Origin: Octopus sinensis
Lineage: Eukaryota
Length of the DNA stretch: 64,000 bases
Reading direction: 5' to 3'
Assembly: GCF_006345805.1 (NCBI RefSeq)
Contig: NC_042997.1
Coordinates: forward strand, 126,418,001 to 126,482,000
The notes beneath the pieces are model-generated. The model saw only the letters and a program-made list of their open reading frames with translations, did no database searches and was not told where the DNA came from. Each line of letters begins with the position of its first letter. The first letter of the stretch is position 1. Below are positions 13,393 through 26,874 of the stretch, piece by piece. Made by a program: the position numbers and the translations under genes.

Positions 13393-13500
13393 ATACTTGT
13401 GTGTCTGTGTTTGCCCCCCCCCCAATATCGCTTGACAACCGATGGTGGTGTATTTATGTCCCTGTAACTTAGCGTTTCAGCAAAATAGACTGATAAAATA
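13188..13500 (+). repeat. Family B SINE (3' truncated)
   Basis: Same consensus. Confidence 0.88.
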
Positions 13501-14320
13501 AGTATCTCCTCATCCTCCTCCTCCTCCCATCCTCCCCTCTTATCTCCATCCATTTCTTATCCCTCCTCCTCTTCTTCACCTCCATTCTTCACCTCCTCTT
13601 CTTTCCCCTCCTCCACTTCTTCTCTTTTCCTCTTCCTCAGCTCTTCCTCGCCTCTTCTTTCCCATCCTCTTCTTCTCCCCCCCACCACCATTGTTTTAAC
13701 ACCCATTTTTCCTTGCTTACTTCTTCTGTTGGATGGACCTTTTTTTTGAGGCAGATTTTCCCCACAGCCACATGTCCTTCCTTCCTGCCACGCCAATCCT
13801 CACCTGTTTCCAAGCAAGGTAATTAATATTCTCCACCACCCCTACCCCAACCCCACCATGGCCAGACAACGTTTTCTGATTCTTTCTTTCTTTTTTTTTT
13901 CTTTTTGTGCTGAACACTGGAAACTGAACGACACTGCTCATATGTGAATGACTCTCATTTACTACTATCATGTGATGTTAAGACACAGTGACACATTCTA
14001 AAACACACACACGCACACACAAACACAAACACAAACACACACACACACACACACACATTTATATTTTGAAGATCTTGTCTGACAAGTGATTTGATCCGAG
14101 ACTGTGTTGAAACTAAAACAATTACAACATTGAAGAAACATCTTAGCCTTTCAAAACACACAAAAAACTGTTAACTTCAATTAAATATTTTTTTTTTATT
14201 TAGTGTCAAATTTTTGACACTAAATAATAAATGCTTAAGTGAATTTAACAGTTTGTGTGTGTTTTGAATGGCCGTGTGACTTCCATGCTGAAATTGTGTT
14301 ACATCTGTCTGTCTGTCTGT

Positions 14321-14388
<68 letters not shown>

Positions 14389-14391
14389 ATA

Positions 14392-14446
<55 letters not shown>

Positions 14447-14632
14447 GCCTGCCTGCCTGTCTGTCTGTGTGTGTGTCTGCCTGTCTCTGTTAGTCAATTC
14501 ATCTATCTATCTGTCTGTCTGTCTGTCTGTCTGGTCTGTCTCTGTCTGCCTGCCTGCCTGTCTGTCTCTGTCTGCCTGCCTTTCTCTGTCTGTCTGTTCG
14601 TCTATCGATGTATCTATCTATCTATCTATCTA

Positions 14633-14671
<39 letters not shown>

Positions 14672-15671
14672 GCCTGTCTGTCTGCCTGCCTGTCTGTCTG
14701 TGTCTCTACTTACTTACCTACCTACCCACACATCTATCTATCTATATATCATCATCATCATCGTCATCGTCATCATCACCACCATCACCACCACCACCAC
14801 CACCACCACCACCACCACCACCTCACCACCACCAACCCCACCACCCCACCACCATCATCATCATCATCACATCATCATCGTATCATATCATCTCATCATC
14901 ATCATCATTGTCATCATCATCATCATCATCAATTAATGCTTGTTTTCCATGCTGGCGTAAGTTGGACGGTTTGATAGGAGTTGGCAAGCCGGAAGACTGC
15001 ACCAAATCCTGGAGTCTGTTGATGGATGACCTTCCTCGTGTCGGGACTTTTTACACAGTGCACTGAGTACTTTTCATATGACACTGGCACCAGTGAGGTC
15101 ACCAGCCAAGAGGGTGAGTGGTATGGAGAGAGGTGGATTTTGTGCCAAGTGATGGAGAGGACAGAAACAGGTGTTTTGCTGTTGGGGAGATACATGGGTA
15201 TCCCAGTTGGAGAGAGAGGGAGAGAGAAAGAGAGAAAGATAGCTAGCTAGACAGATAGATAGAGAGAGAGAGAGAGGGAGAGAGATAAAGAGAGAGGGAG
15301 AGAGGTCGAGAGAGAGAAAGAAAAAGAGAGAGAGAAAGAGAGAAAGATAGATAAAAAGAGAGAAAGATAGACAGATAGAGAGAGAGAGAAAGAGAGAAAG
15401 AAAGAGAAAGAGAGAAAGAAAGAGAAAGAGAGAGAGAAAGTGAGATAGAGATAGAAAGAAAGAGAGAGAGAGAAAGATAGCTAGCTAGACAGATAGATAG
15501 AGAGAGCGAGAGAGAGGAAGAGAGAGAAAGAGAGAGGGAGAGAGGTAGAGAGAGAGAAAGAAAAAGAGAGAGAAAGAGAGGAAGATAGATAGAAAGAGAG
15601 AAAGTAAGATGGATAGAGAGAGAAAGAGAGATAGATAGAAAGAGAGACAGAAAGAGAAAGAGAGAGAAAGA

Positions 15672-15815
15672 GAAAAATACCTTAGGAATGAGAACCCAGG
15701 TTCAAAATTTCCCCCAAGACACCTAATGAAGGCTGGAGGGTATATCAGTTAAAAACAAACAAGATGAGGACAAATACCCGTCAAATGTAAATAATGTAAA
15801 TAATGTAAATAACTC
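15672..15815 (+). repeat. Family F tail only, hammerhead inactivated
   Basis: aataccttaggaatgagaacccaggttc..gacacctaatgaaggctggagggtatatcag, with the GAAAC region deleted; follows a long (AG)n tract. Confidence 0.8.
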
Positions 15816-16094
15816 TGATGTTGCACTTCCAACATTGTGTACTAACTTCATTCCTCCTGACTTTTCACATGTCCTCTGCATTCAGGGTCTGGGGTCTCAC
15901 TACCATGGAGTATAACAGTTCATACACAAGCATCATACAATCTGTATTTCAATCTGAGAAAGAGAGAGAGGTCTTTTGTTGTCATCAAAAGTAATAGCTC
16001 TCTGAATTTTCCCCATCATATTCTTATTCTAGTAACTATGTTTTCAGAACATCCTCCTCCACTGCTAATTTGGTCACCTAAATATACTCTTTTA

Positions 16095-16502
16095 CTCTTT
16101 TTACTCTTTTACTTGTTTCCGTCATTTGACTGCGACCATGTTGGAGCACTGCCTTTTAGTTGAGCAAATCACCCCCAGGATTTATTTTTTGTAAGCCTAG
16201 TACTTATCCTATCGGTCTTTTTTGCTGAACCACTAAGTTACGGGGATGTAAACACACCAGCATCAGTTGTCAAGCAATGTTAGGGGGACAAACACAGACA
16301 CACACCACACACACACACATATATATACACATATACATATATACGACGGGCTTCTTTCAGTTTCCATCTACCAAATCCAATCACAAGGTTTTTGTTGGCC
16401 CGAGGCTATAGTAGAAGACACTTGCCCAAGGTGCCATGCAGTGGGACTGAACCCGGAACCATGTGGTTGGTAAGCAAGCTACTTATCACACAGCCACTCC
16501 TG
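16095..16502 (-). repeat. Family B SINE
   Basis: Same consensus. Confidence 0.9.
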
Positions 16503-16959
16503 CATTTAAAAGGTAGAAGGTTGACTTTGGTTATGTTTGAACGCACTACAGAGGTGCTTGGAATGAATGTAGTTGTTATCACTAAAAATGCTCCATCATC
16601 CTCATCATCATTCAGTGTCCATTTTCCATACTGGCAAGGGTTGGATGGTTTTGCCATGGAGCTGGCCAGCTGGGGAGCTTTTCAGACTCCAATTTTCTGT
16701 TGTGGCATGGTTTCTATGGCTGGATGCCCTTCCAAACACCAACCACTTTACAGATGGCTGTCATAGAAGACACTTGCTAAAGGTGACACACAGAATGTAA
16801 AGATGGATGAAATGCTGCTAAGCTTTGCTCAGCTTGTTAACGATTCTGCCAGCTCATCGCATTGCCAATCTATGAAAATTAGTTTCAAAGTTTGGCGCAA
16901 AGCCAGTGATTTTGGGGGAGGGGTAAGTCGATTACACCAACCCAGTATCTCACAGGTAC

Positions 16960-18050
16960 ATATTGGGTCATGCCATCAATAATGTAGTTTTTTTCAATTG
17001 AATGAAGAAAAAGTTGGAAGGGAACAGAATAAACTATCTGCATCAACTTGCCATAAAAGCAGGTAATACTTTTACCTTGTACTTATTCTTAGTACAAGTT
17101 TTGAAGAGTGCAGTTTGATTTTAACAGTTATTCTTTCAAAGCTATAATGGAAGTGACACAGGAGCATATTTGACATATTTTGCTTTATGAGTTCAATAAA
17201 GGCAATAACGCAATGGAATGTGTGAAGAATATTAATGCAGTAAATGGAAATTGGACAGTAAGTGTAAGCCAGTGTCAACAGTGGTTCCAGAAGATGAGCC
17301 TTGTCCCAGAAGATATGTAGAGCTTGATGAGGATGTTCTGCAAACCTTGGTGGAACAAAATCCTATCGTAACTGTTGAGGAACTAGCAGAGAAGCTTGGA
17401 TTTGGTCATTTTCTGATACCTGCATACCATCGGAAAAGTCAGCAAATTGGGTCAGTGGGTTCCTCACAAACTTTTCACATCTAATCACGTGTAAAGAGTG
17501 AGTGTGTAGTTTTCTTTGCTGTCATGTCTCAGGAATGAACCTTTTTTGGACTGAATAGTGACTGGTGATGAAAAATAGGTTCTCTATAAAAATGTCAAGT
17601 ACTGAAGACAGTGTGTAGGAAAAGGAGAAACACCGGCACCCCAAGCTAAAGAAGGTCTTCACCGATGTAAGGTGTTGCTATTTGTTTGGTGGGTTATGAA
17701 AGGTTAAGTCTACTTTGGGCTTTTAAACTCAAACCAAATGATAACAAAGGAAATCTACCACAAGCAGCTTGAGTGGTTTAAGTCAGCACTAGAAGAAAAA
17801 CAACCATCTTTGGTTTCAAAATGAAAGGTGTTCTTCCATCAGAATAATGCTTAGCCACATACAGTGAGGATGACATTCCAAAGGCTGGAGTAGTTTGAAT
17901 GGGAAACGATGCCCCACTTAACATATTTGCTGGTTATTGCCCCATTTGATTATCATTTGTTCTACAGTTTTCAAAATCATTTGGATGGAAAAAATATGAA
18001 TTCTGTAGACAAGATCTAAACAGTATATATATAATATACACACAACATCA
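16960..18050 (+). mobile_element. Mariner (DD34D) transposase fossil 1
   Basis: MEVTQEHI*HILLYEFNKGNNA...QWFQK, WVPHKL, IVTGDEK, FHQNNA*PH, APFDYHLF; several stops and shifts. Confidence 0.92.
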
Positions 18051-18054
18051 AAAT

Positions 18055-18637
18055 AAAAACCGAATGGATATTGTAGTTGTGATACCCATGCCGGTGGCAT
18101 GTAGGGCCTCACAGAGGAAATGACAAAGACCGAGATCTCTAAGATATGCTGTGACTGTGAAGACCTGACAAATGAAGTGAGTTCATGGCGTGCAGGATGG
18201 CCTGCTGTGCTAACCTTGGATTGTTGAGTGACCCGCTGTTCTTGAGGAGACCTATTGTGTCAAGTATGTCAACACCAACACCAAAATGCAAATCAAATGG
18301 AAATTGTAGTTAAGATACCTGTGCTGGTGATATGTAAAAAGCACCGTCTGAACGTAGCTGATGCCAGCGCCGCCTGACTTGCATCCATGTCGGTGACACG
18401 TAAAAAGCAACAAACTATCGTGGCCGTTTGCCAGCCTCCTCTGGCCCCTGTACTGGTGGCATGTAAAAAGCACCCACTACACTCACGGAGTGGTTGGCAT
18501 TAAGAAGGGCATCCAGAGGTAGAAACACTGCCAGATCAGACTGGTGCCAGGAGCAGCCTCCTGGCTTCCCAGACCCCGGTCAGACCATCCAACCCATGCT
18601 AGCATGGAAAGCAGACATTAAACGATGATGATGATGA
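18055..18637 (+). mobile_element. Family A RTE 3' end, longer copy
   Basis: ORF-end relic (LTEEMTKDRDL) then 3'UTR, ending gacattaaacgatgatgatgat. Confidence 0.75.
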
Positions 18638-18728
18638 AGAAACATTATTTAAAGAGAAAAGAAGAATGGTCATTCCTTACCCAAGTGACTTTATCTTATC
18701 ACCCACCACTTGTTATGCACTCACAAAT

Positions 18729-19090
18729 TACCGTATTTGATGACCTATGGATGAATGCATAGGATGCACCCTAGCCTAAGCTATACTTTTGTAAAATAAA
18801 TTACCACTAGAATAATGTTTTAATTCCTTCACTTATCTGTATAACTTTATGTTATTACTGGTGTTTATAAGCAATTTATTGCATCCACATTCGATATAAA
18901 CAAACCGTAGGTGATTGTTCACCAATAGATGGCTGCTAGGCTACTAGGCTACATCTACATGACCCCTGATGTATACTTTCAGCCAATAGTCATGAGTTTT
19001 GAGCCTACATTGAGTGCATTGGACACAGGGGGATTTTTAAAGCCATTTTGGTGTAAAAATGGTATGTTTTATAGGCCATCAAATATGGTA
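18729..19090. mobile_element. pogo-type MITE
   Basis: TIRs taccgtatttgatgacctat / ataggccatcaaatatggta; the same TIR family starts at 47608. Confidence 0.78.
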
Positions 19091-19114
19091 GTTCGATAGT
19101 TGAGCTCTGAGAAC

Positions 19115-19490
19115 TCTCTTTTACTCTTTTACTTGTTTCAGTCATTTGACTGCTGCCATGCTGGAGCACCACCTTTAGTCAAGCAAATCGACTCCAGGAC
19201 CTATTCTTTGTAAGCCTAGTACTTATTCTATTGGTCTCTTTTGTTGAACCGCTTAGTTACGGGGACGTAAACACGCCAGCATCGGTTGTCAAGCGATGTT
19301 GGAGGGACAAACACAGACACACAAACACACATATATATATACATATATACGACAGGCTTCTTTTCAGTTTCCATTTACCAAATCCTCTCACAATGTATTG
19401 GTTTGCCCAGCTCTGTAGTAGAAAACATTTGCTCAAGGTGCTGCCCAGTGGGACTGAACCTGAAACCATGTGGTTACAGAGTGAGCTGCA
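19115..19490 (-). repeat. Family B SINE
   Basis: Same consensus. Confidence 0.88.
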
Positions 19491-19965
19491 ATAGGTCTGT
19501 TTCATCAGAAGCTGACCTGGGGCTAAATAACAACAGCAAAAACAAAAGCTTTAAATGTTCTCCAGTCATAAAGTTGCCTTTGATTACATGGTCTATTGTT
19601 TAGTAGAGAGAGAGACAGAGAGAGAGAGAGAGTGAGAGAGACAGAGGGTGAGAGTGAGAGAGAGAGTAAGAGAGAGAGTGAGAGAAAGAGAGTCAGAGAG
19701 TTAGAGAAAGGGAGAGAAAGAGAAGGGATGGAGAGAAAAGAAAAGATAGAAAGAGAAAAGAAGGGGGTTGAGTGGAAGAAGAGGGAGAAGATGAGAGAGG
19801 ATGAGAGGGAAAATCTGTATGTGTGTGTGTGTGTGCATGTATCTGCTTGTATACATACATTCTCATATATATAAAATGGTGATGACACATGCACACACTC
19901 ACATATATGTATATATGTATGTATGTATGTATGTATGTAAGTATGTATGTGTATATATATATATG

Positions 19966-19997
<32 letters not shown>

Positions 19998-20506
19998 TGA
20001 TATAAGTATTCAGCCTTGAAGATGTATATGTATGTATATGTGTGTGTGTATGTATGTGTGTGTATGTGTGTGTGTGTGTATGTGTGGCAGGGGAGGTGTG
20101 TAGTGATTTCATGTACAGATTGGAGTTTTATCTCCTACACAGATTGAAGTATATTGCATTGATAAAAATCAGTTTTATCTCATTATATTGTCTATCACAC
20201 TTTACTGATCGTGTTAGAGCTCTTGTTGTTGTTATTGTTGTTGTTGTTGGTGGTGGTGGTGATGGCATTGGTACAAAAACAATAGGAAAATAAAAACATA
20301 TATTGATATGCAAACAGGAAGCTGAATAGACAGATGGTTGTGAATACTAAGTCTTTTCCTGGTGAAGAATCTAACACTCAACACAGACTAGTGATTAGTG
20401 ACTTTAGAGTTAGAACTAGATGGACCAAAGAGAGAAAAAAAACAGTTTGGATAAGGAAGATATGACAGCTAAAAAATCCCTCAGTTTGATACAAGTCCAA
20501 GGAAAG

Positions 20507-20805
20507 TGGAGGCACATGGCCTAGTAGTTAGAGCAGTGGACTCGCGGTCGAGGGATCGTGGGTTGGAATCTCAGGCCGGGCGATGTGTGTGTTTATGAGC
20601 AAAACGTCTAAGCTCCACATGGATCCGGCAGAAGGTAATGACGAGCTTCTGCTGACTCTTTCACCACAACTTTCTCTCGCTCTTTCCTCCTGCATCTTGC
20701 AGCTCACCTGCGACGGACCGGTGTCCCATCCAGGTGGGGAACCTATACGCCAAGGAAACCGAGAAACCAGCCCTTATGAGCCAGGCATGGCTCAAAAAGG
20801 AACAA
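20507..20805 (+). repeat. Family D/E tRNA-derived SINE
   Basis: ggaggcacatggcctagtagttagagcagtggactcgcggtcgagggatcgtgggttggaatc head; related copies at 55170-55480 (-) and 62098-62412 (-). Confidence 0.8.
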
Positions 20806-21420
20806 AGTCCAAGGAAGTACTAGGGTGACAAGCAAGTACTATGAAGGTGGAGGAGATACAGTTCTGTTTATTTCATTTTCCTTTGTGACTTGAATGTTCA
20901 GAAGGAGGAGAATTGAGGGTTTCTGTGGGTTTCTGAGAGTCAGCCTTCTGTGAGTCACAGAGTGGGTCTGCAGATGGTGTATGGTTCCAGCTAGATGGAA
21001 GGGGACATGATTGTGGAATGGCAATGTAGTAATGTAGATAGAGCCATAAATGATAAGGGACAGGCCATGCTTTCTAGAATGGAAGAAAGGAGAGGTAGAA
21101 AGAAACAGTATGAAGAGAAGCCAGATGTTAAGTTTACATAGAATGGAGAGAAGTGGAAAGTAAAGAGGCTTGCCTAAGCTCTGTGATGTGAGAGATGTTC
21201 AAGATTGCAAACGATGTCTGTATGAATCAGGATGTTGTTGGTGAAGGTGTGATAATGGTGCACCTGTGTTCACTGAGGCTAAGAAGGAGATAGAAAAACT
21301 ATGAGTTTCTGAATTAGGAGAAAGCATGAGAGAAAGAGAGAGAGAGAAAGGAAGAAAGGAGAGAGAGAGAGAGGGAGAGAAAGAAAGAAGGGGAGAGAAG
21401 AGAAAGAGATAAACATGTAT

Positions 21421-21606
21421 CATTATCATCATCATCATCATCATCATTTAACGCCTGCTTTCCATGCTAGCATGGGTTGAACAATTTGACTGAGATCTGG
21501 TGAACCAGATGGCTGCACCAGGCTCCAGTCTGATCTGGGAGAGTTTCTACAGCTGGATGCCCTTCCTAATGCCAACCACTCCGAGAGTGTAGTGGGTGCT
21601 TTTACT
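21421..21606 (-). repeat. Family A copy inside old RTE remnant
   Basis: Same core sequence. Confidence 0.88.
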
Positions 21607-21617
21607 TGTATATATAC

Positions 21618-21671
<54 letters not shown>

Positions 21672-22074
21672 GGAGAGAGAGAATGCCCCAGGTAGATCCA
21701 ACTAGAGATCAGCGAATGAAGTTGAGTGTTGTATGGTCAAAATGGCTGTTAAGGATAAGCAGTTGAACCCTGAGAGGTTGTTACTTAGATGTAAAGGAGA
21801 TGCTCTAGAAAGAAATAACCACAAAATGTATGGCTGAGTTATGTAACAAGGAATTATAGCATAACTAACTAGGATGAAATTAGCTTAGATGAGATATAGT
21901 TTGGATTTGTATCAGGACAGGGTACTGCAAAAGCTATTTTTCATTCGAGACAACTCTTGGAGAAGTTCTGAGCATTGAATTAACCTCTGCTCCTAGTATT
22001 CATTTACCTGGGTAAGGCTATTGACAAGATACTATTGTTTGTAGTCTAGTGATTGCTAATGAGGGATACAGAAA

Positions 22075-22488
22075 TAGGCGCAGGAGTGGTTGTGTGGTAA
22101 GTAGCTTGCTAAACAACCACATGGTACTAGGTTTATTCCCACTGCATGGCACCTTGGGCAAGTGTCTTCTACTATAGCCTCGGGCCTACCAAAGCCTTGT
22201 GAGTGGATTTGGTAGATGGAAACTGAAAGCAGCTTGTCGTATATATGTATGTATATATATATATATGTATGTGTGTGTATATGTATGTGTGTCTGTGTTT
22301 GTCCCCCTAACATCACTTGACAACCGATGCTGGTGTGTTTGCAGCCCCGTAACTTAGCGGTTCGGCAAAAGAGACCGATAGAATAAGTACTAGGCTTACA
22401 AAGAATAAGTCCTGGGGTCGATTTGCTTAACTAAAGGTGGTGCTCCAGCATGGCCACAGTCAAATGACTGAAACAAGTAAAAGAGTAA
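22075..22488 (+). repeat. Family B SINE, full length
   Basis: Same consensus. Confidence 0.9.
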
Positions 22489-23549
22489 ATGCTGTCAGTA
22501 AGATGAGAGCTAGAAATGAATATTGTGAGGAAGTTAGTGTACAGAGGTGATGGTCATGGTCCATTTCCCAGTCTTTCTAGTTTATTATAGTATTAGTCCA
22601 GGCGATAACAGAGGAATTTAAGACCAGCTGTCCATGGGAACTTCTGTATACTGGTGTCTTAATTCTCATAGATGAATTTGAAAGAAATTTGAAAGTCGGA
22701 AAGAAAGTCTAGTAAACACCAAAGTTTTGGTCTGCAGGAAAGAAAAATGGTAGGATTCTATTAATATTTTGGAGATGAGCATGATTGATATGCCGAAAAG
22801 GAATTGAAAAGGGTAGATTTTTATGATGTGCATGTTTAAAATATACAAAGTGCATTATTGAATAGTAGAAAAAAAGGTATGAGTAATGAATATGGAGGAT
22901 GGAGAAGAAATGAGATGAGTATGTTCTGCTGGATGAGTTATGATAACAATACATGGAAGACAGAACACAAATGAACTGAGAAAAAAATTGAATACAAAAA
23001 TAATAATCAAATGTAATGTGTAAAAAAGAAGATCATCACAACAGAGATGTGATGCATAAGGAGAATGGTAGTTGGATAAAGAAGTCATAAGAGATCTGGA
23101 AGGAATCTGTGGAGGAAGAAAACCAATCAAGACATGGGAAGAAGTGATGAGATGCTGTGCTGGAGAAGAAGAGAAGCCCCATCCAACCAACATAGTATTG
23201 TGAACAAATTCCACTGGTTCTATTCATTGGCATGACTTGTCGAAAATACAACTTGAAGATGGAGGCCTTTATATACATCTGTGTGCCAAATAAGAACAGT
23301 AGGGCTGTTGTGAAACACTGTTGTGCTCCTTCTCTGTATGTATGCATATGTGTATGTACACACACATACACACACATGCATGCATGAATGCACACACACA
23401 TCATTTGATGTCTGTTTTCCATGTTGGTATTGGTTGGATGTTTTTACTGGAAGTGGTTAGGCAGAAGACTGCACCAGGCTTCACTGTCTGTTTTGGCAGG
23501 GTTTTTACCACTCTCTCTGGATGGAGCAGTTGTACCACAAGCTCTAGGG

Positions 23550-24024
23550 CAGTGCTACCCAAAGTGGTGGTCCACAGACTGGTGCCAGTCCATGAGCCAT
23601 CAGCTGCTGGTGCAAGGCGAGTTTCCAGAAAAGAAAGAAACATTATAAAATGCTTATAAGATGCTTATGTAATATTGTATTATTTGTTTACAAAATAAAT
23701 ACTTAAAAAATTGTTAACTTTTATCATCATCATCATTTAACGTCCGCTTTCCATGCTAGCATGGGTTGGACGATTTGACTGAGGGCTGGCGAACCAGATG
23801 GCTGCACCAGGCTCCAATCTTGATCTGGCAGAGTTTCTACAGCTAGATGCCCTTCCTAACGCCAACCACTCCGAGAGTGTAGTGGGTGCTTTTACGTGTC
23901 ATCCACTACACTCTCGGAGTGGTTGTTTCCTGTATAAATTAGTATTGCTAAAAAATATTACCAGTCCCTGACACACTGGAAAAAAACTGCCATTACAAAA
24001 CATTAGATAGTTTGAGAAGCACTG
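23550..24024. mobile_element. hAT/Charlie-like MITE
   Basis: TIRs cagtgctacccaaa / tttgagaagcactg; flanks ctctaggg / gtctaggc resemble the NTCTAGAN Charlie target. Confidence 0.7.
23723..23925 (-). repeat. Family A copy nested in hAT MITE, with inverted 5' end
   Basis: Same core; ends in an inverted copy of caaccactccgagagtgtagtgg. Confidence 0.9.
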
Positions 24025-24029
24025 GTCTA

Positions 24030-24340
24030 GGCCACTATCTTTTCAGCCTTATATTTTACGGTTGAAAGGGAATTAACACTAATTTCTCCCCTTTTTGCTT
24101 CTTTCTGTTTTCTTTTTCGTTTTCTGGTTTTCCAATCTTCCTTTTATATCTGCTTTTATATACTACTTTTATATCTACTTCTTTCTCATCTTTTCTCACT
24201 TTTCACTCATCCTAGCCTTCTATTTTTAGCTTGTTATGCCATGTGGGCAGTGCCTGAAGATTGTGCTGAGACATCAGACATGTTAAAACATACTGTCTGG
24301 CATGCTTTCATTGCATAAAACTAACAGTAGCACATAAAAG
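24030..24340 (+). repeat. Dispersed repeat with hammerhead-like motif, copy 1
   Basis: Similar to 26875-27160; contains gtgc-CTGAAGA...aaac-taaca-GTA-gcac. Confidence 0.75.
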
Positions 24341-24485
24341 CATCTTTTGTGTTTATTAAATAATAATTGTAATATATATCTCTCACGAGATGGAGCTTTT
24401 TGATCTTATCATCAAAGAACAGAATACTATGTGTATATATATTTGTGTGTGCGTGTGTGTGTATGTATGTATGCATGTGTGTATG

Positions 24486-25395
24486 GCAATGAACCAGCTA
24501 TCTTGGTTGAAGGAACAATTCTGAAGGTAGTAGACAAGTTTGTCTACTTGGGCAGCACACTCAGCCGTTCTTGCTCCCTGGATGAGGAAATATCTTTCAG
24601 GTTGCAGAGAGCAACAAATTCCTTCTGGTCTCTTCAGTCTCGTGTCTGGTCCCAACATGGCATTGCAAGCAGAACAAAAGTTGCTGTGTACTGTGCTTGT
24701 GTACTGACATTGCTTCTCTACTCATGTGAGACATGGACTCTGTACAAACGTCAGGTAAGGGTCCTTGAACGTTTTCATCAGAGATGTCTCAGACACATTC
24801 TCAATGTTGGCTGGACCTCAAAAATTCCAGACACACAGAACCTGAGGACAGCTGATATCTTGAGTATTGAGGCGATGGTACACAAGCACTGGTTGTGTTG
24901 GACTGGACACCTTATTAGAATGGAGGATAGAAGGATTCCTAAGCAGATGCTCTATGGAGAACTTGCGAATGGAAGGAGACTCTGGCAGAAACCAAGGCTG
25001 CGATTTAAGGACTGTGTTAAGTCCTCGTTAAAGGCCTTTGATATGCAGGACACTGACTGGGAGAACAATGTCTGTCATCGCCACAGATGGAGGAAGCAGG
25101 CTAAGGAGGGGATCGACACTTTTGAGAAAGCACGTATCCAGCATGAAAAACTTAGGCGAGCTGCGCGAAAGCGCACGGCTCGTATAGTGAATGGGGAAAG
25201 CTTGGTCTGCAATGTTTGCAGTCATGTATGCTTGTCAAGAGCAGTGCTCATTAGCCACCAACGGAGCCGCAAATGCAAAATATAAGTTAGTCCTAGAGCG
25301 CACAATGTTCCTGAAGGTCGGCAATGGTCTTCCTTGGTCACGAGTGGACGGCCATCATGGCAATGAACACACAAAAAAGACATTGTAAGAAGAAG
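24486..25395 (+). mobile_element. 5'-truncated RTE/BovB-type LINE, open 3' ORF end with zinc-finger-like tail
   Basis: FVYLGSTLS..LDEEISFRLQRA..LLLYSCETW..LERFHQRCLRHIL..WTGHLIRMEDRRIPKQMLYGEL..RLRFKD; C-terminal CNVC..LISHQRS. Confidence 0.93.
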
Positions 25396-25696
25396 CTTTA
25401 AGACATTTACCAGTTAACACTTTAAAAGAAAGGAAAGAGTTTTGATGTTTCAGACAGTAGTCCTGCATCAGACAAAAATAGAGAGAGAGATGGTGGTTGA
25501 AAAGATGAAAAGAATGAGAAAAGGTATATGATAAAATGAAGAAGAGCCAGAAAAATCTGCAGTTCTCTGGGGGTGAATAAGGAAAGGAGGAGGAAGAGGG
25601 GAGATGTGTAGAAGTTTAGGAAAGTTAAAATTTTTTTATATGCCACAAAAGCAGTATTAGTTTAAAGCAGCCATATACATATTATTTATTTTCATT

Positions 25697-26213
25697 TACC
25701 ATAAATCCTCAAGTATAGTCCACCCTTGAGTATAATACGCAGGGGATTTTTAGGGGGCTGTACCCCTGAAAAACCTAAACCTTGTGTATAATATGCACCC
25801 CTTCTCTAACGTGAGTCAAGGAGGTCTATATAACATCCTTGGTTTGTAAAAATGCATACGGTAACGTCCTTTATTATTATTGTATATATAACATAATGCA
25901 AACGCGTAGCTTTTTTGTGCATTTTGCTTGCAGAAAATAAAGAAATAACAGTAATAATGTTTAATAAATGTTGCTTACTGCAAGTTATGGATGATTCTTT
26001 TATGACTTCATTGCTTTCAGGCTTAGCTTCAGGTATTTTCGTGCCCGACATCACAAAATGCATCTGAATAAACATTGCTGGACAGCAAATAGAGACTCGG
26101 ACAGTGCTTAAAAAATATTTTTCATTTTTAACCTTGTATATAGTACGCACTAGGGATTTTGACCTTTAAATTTTGGGAAAAAATATGCAGATTATACTCG
26201 AGGATTTGCGGTA
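25697..26213. mobile_element. pogo/Tc1-mariner-type MITE
   Basis: TA-bounded TIRs taccataaatcctcaagtata / tatactcgaggatttgcggta. Confidence 0.85.
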
Positions 26214-26490
26214 GTCAGATGGATATTTTTAACTCCACTGTTTGTTTACTTATCATTTCACAACATATCAGTGGTGACAAATTTCATTTAAGCATACTGG
26301 CTGTGAGTACACACTATTGACAGTACCCAATGCAACAGAAATGTGTCTAGCATTCTCACTTGCCACAGCTGGGACAATTTTTCATCTCCCTCCGATATAT
26401 ATTGTGTTTTTAAAAAACAGTGCATCCATAAGAGATGTTATCTCTGTGTGAATACCATAGTAAATTTGACTAAGTACGATATATAAATGA

Positions 26491-26543
<53 letters not shown>

Positions 26544-26874
26544 TTCTTTCAGTTTCCATCTACCTCCCTTGCTCTCTCCCTCTGACTAGGTAACCATATA
26601 TCTCCTCTACAGCAGGACACCTGTTTCTATCCGTTTGTCACACTCTAGCCTCTCATCACCTGACACAAGGCCACCTCCTCCCATGCCCCCTATCCCTCAA
26701 AAGATCTTTGTTTTGCAAGTTACTTGGTGCTGGTGTCACGTAAAAATCATCCAATCCACACTGTAAAGTGGTTGGTGTTTGGAAGGGCAGTTGTAAGCAT
26801 ATGGCTAAGTTCCTATTGACAAATTGGAAAATACCATCCTCTCTGGATTGAACAACTCTACCACAGACTCTAAG

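Larger units (their letters stand above)
20840..23290 (+). mobile_element. Old RTE-clade LINE remnant (EN-RT linker, RT, C-terminus), interrupted by younger repeats
   Basis: Fragments FKIA..NQDVVGE, FGFVSGQGTAKAIFHSRQLLEK..LVFIYLGKAID, AITEEFKTSCPWELLY, KPIKTWEEVMR. Confidence 0.75.

Noticed and set aside
25806-26150. 114-aa minus ORF as a gene
   Set aside because: It lies inside a pogo-type MITE and has no recognisable domain.
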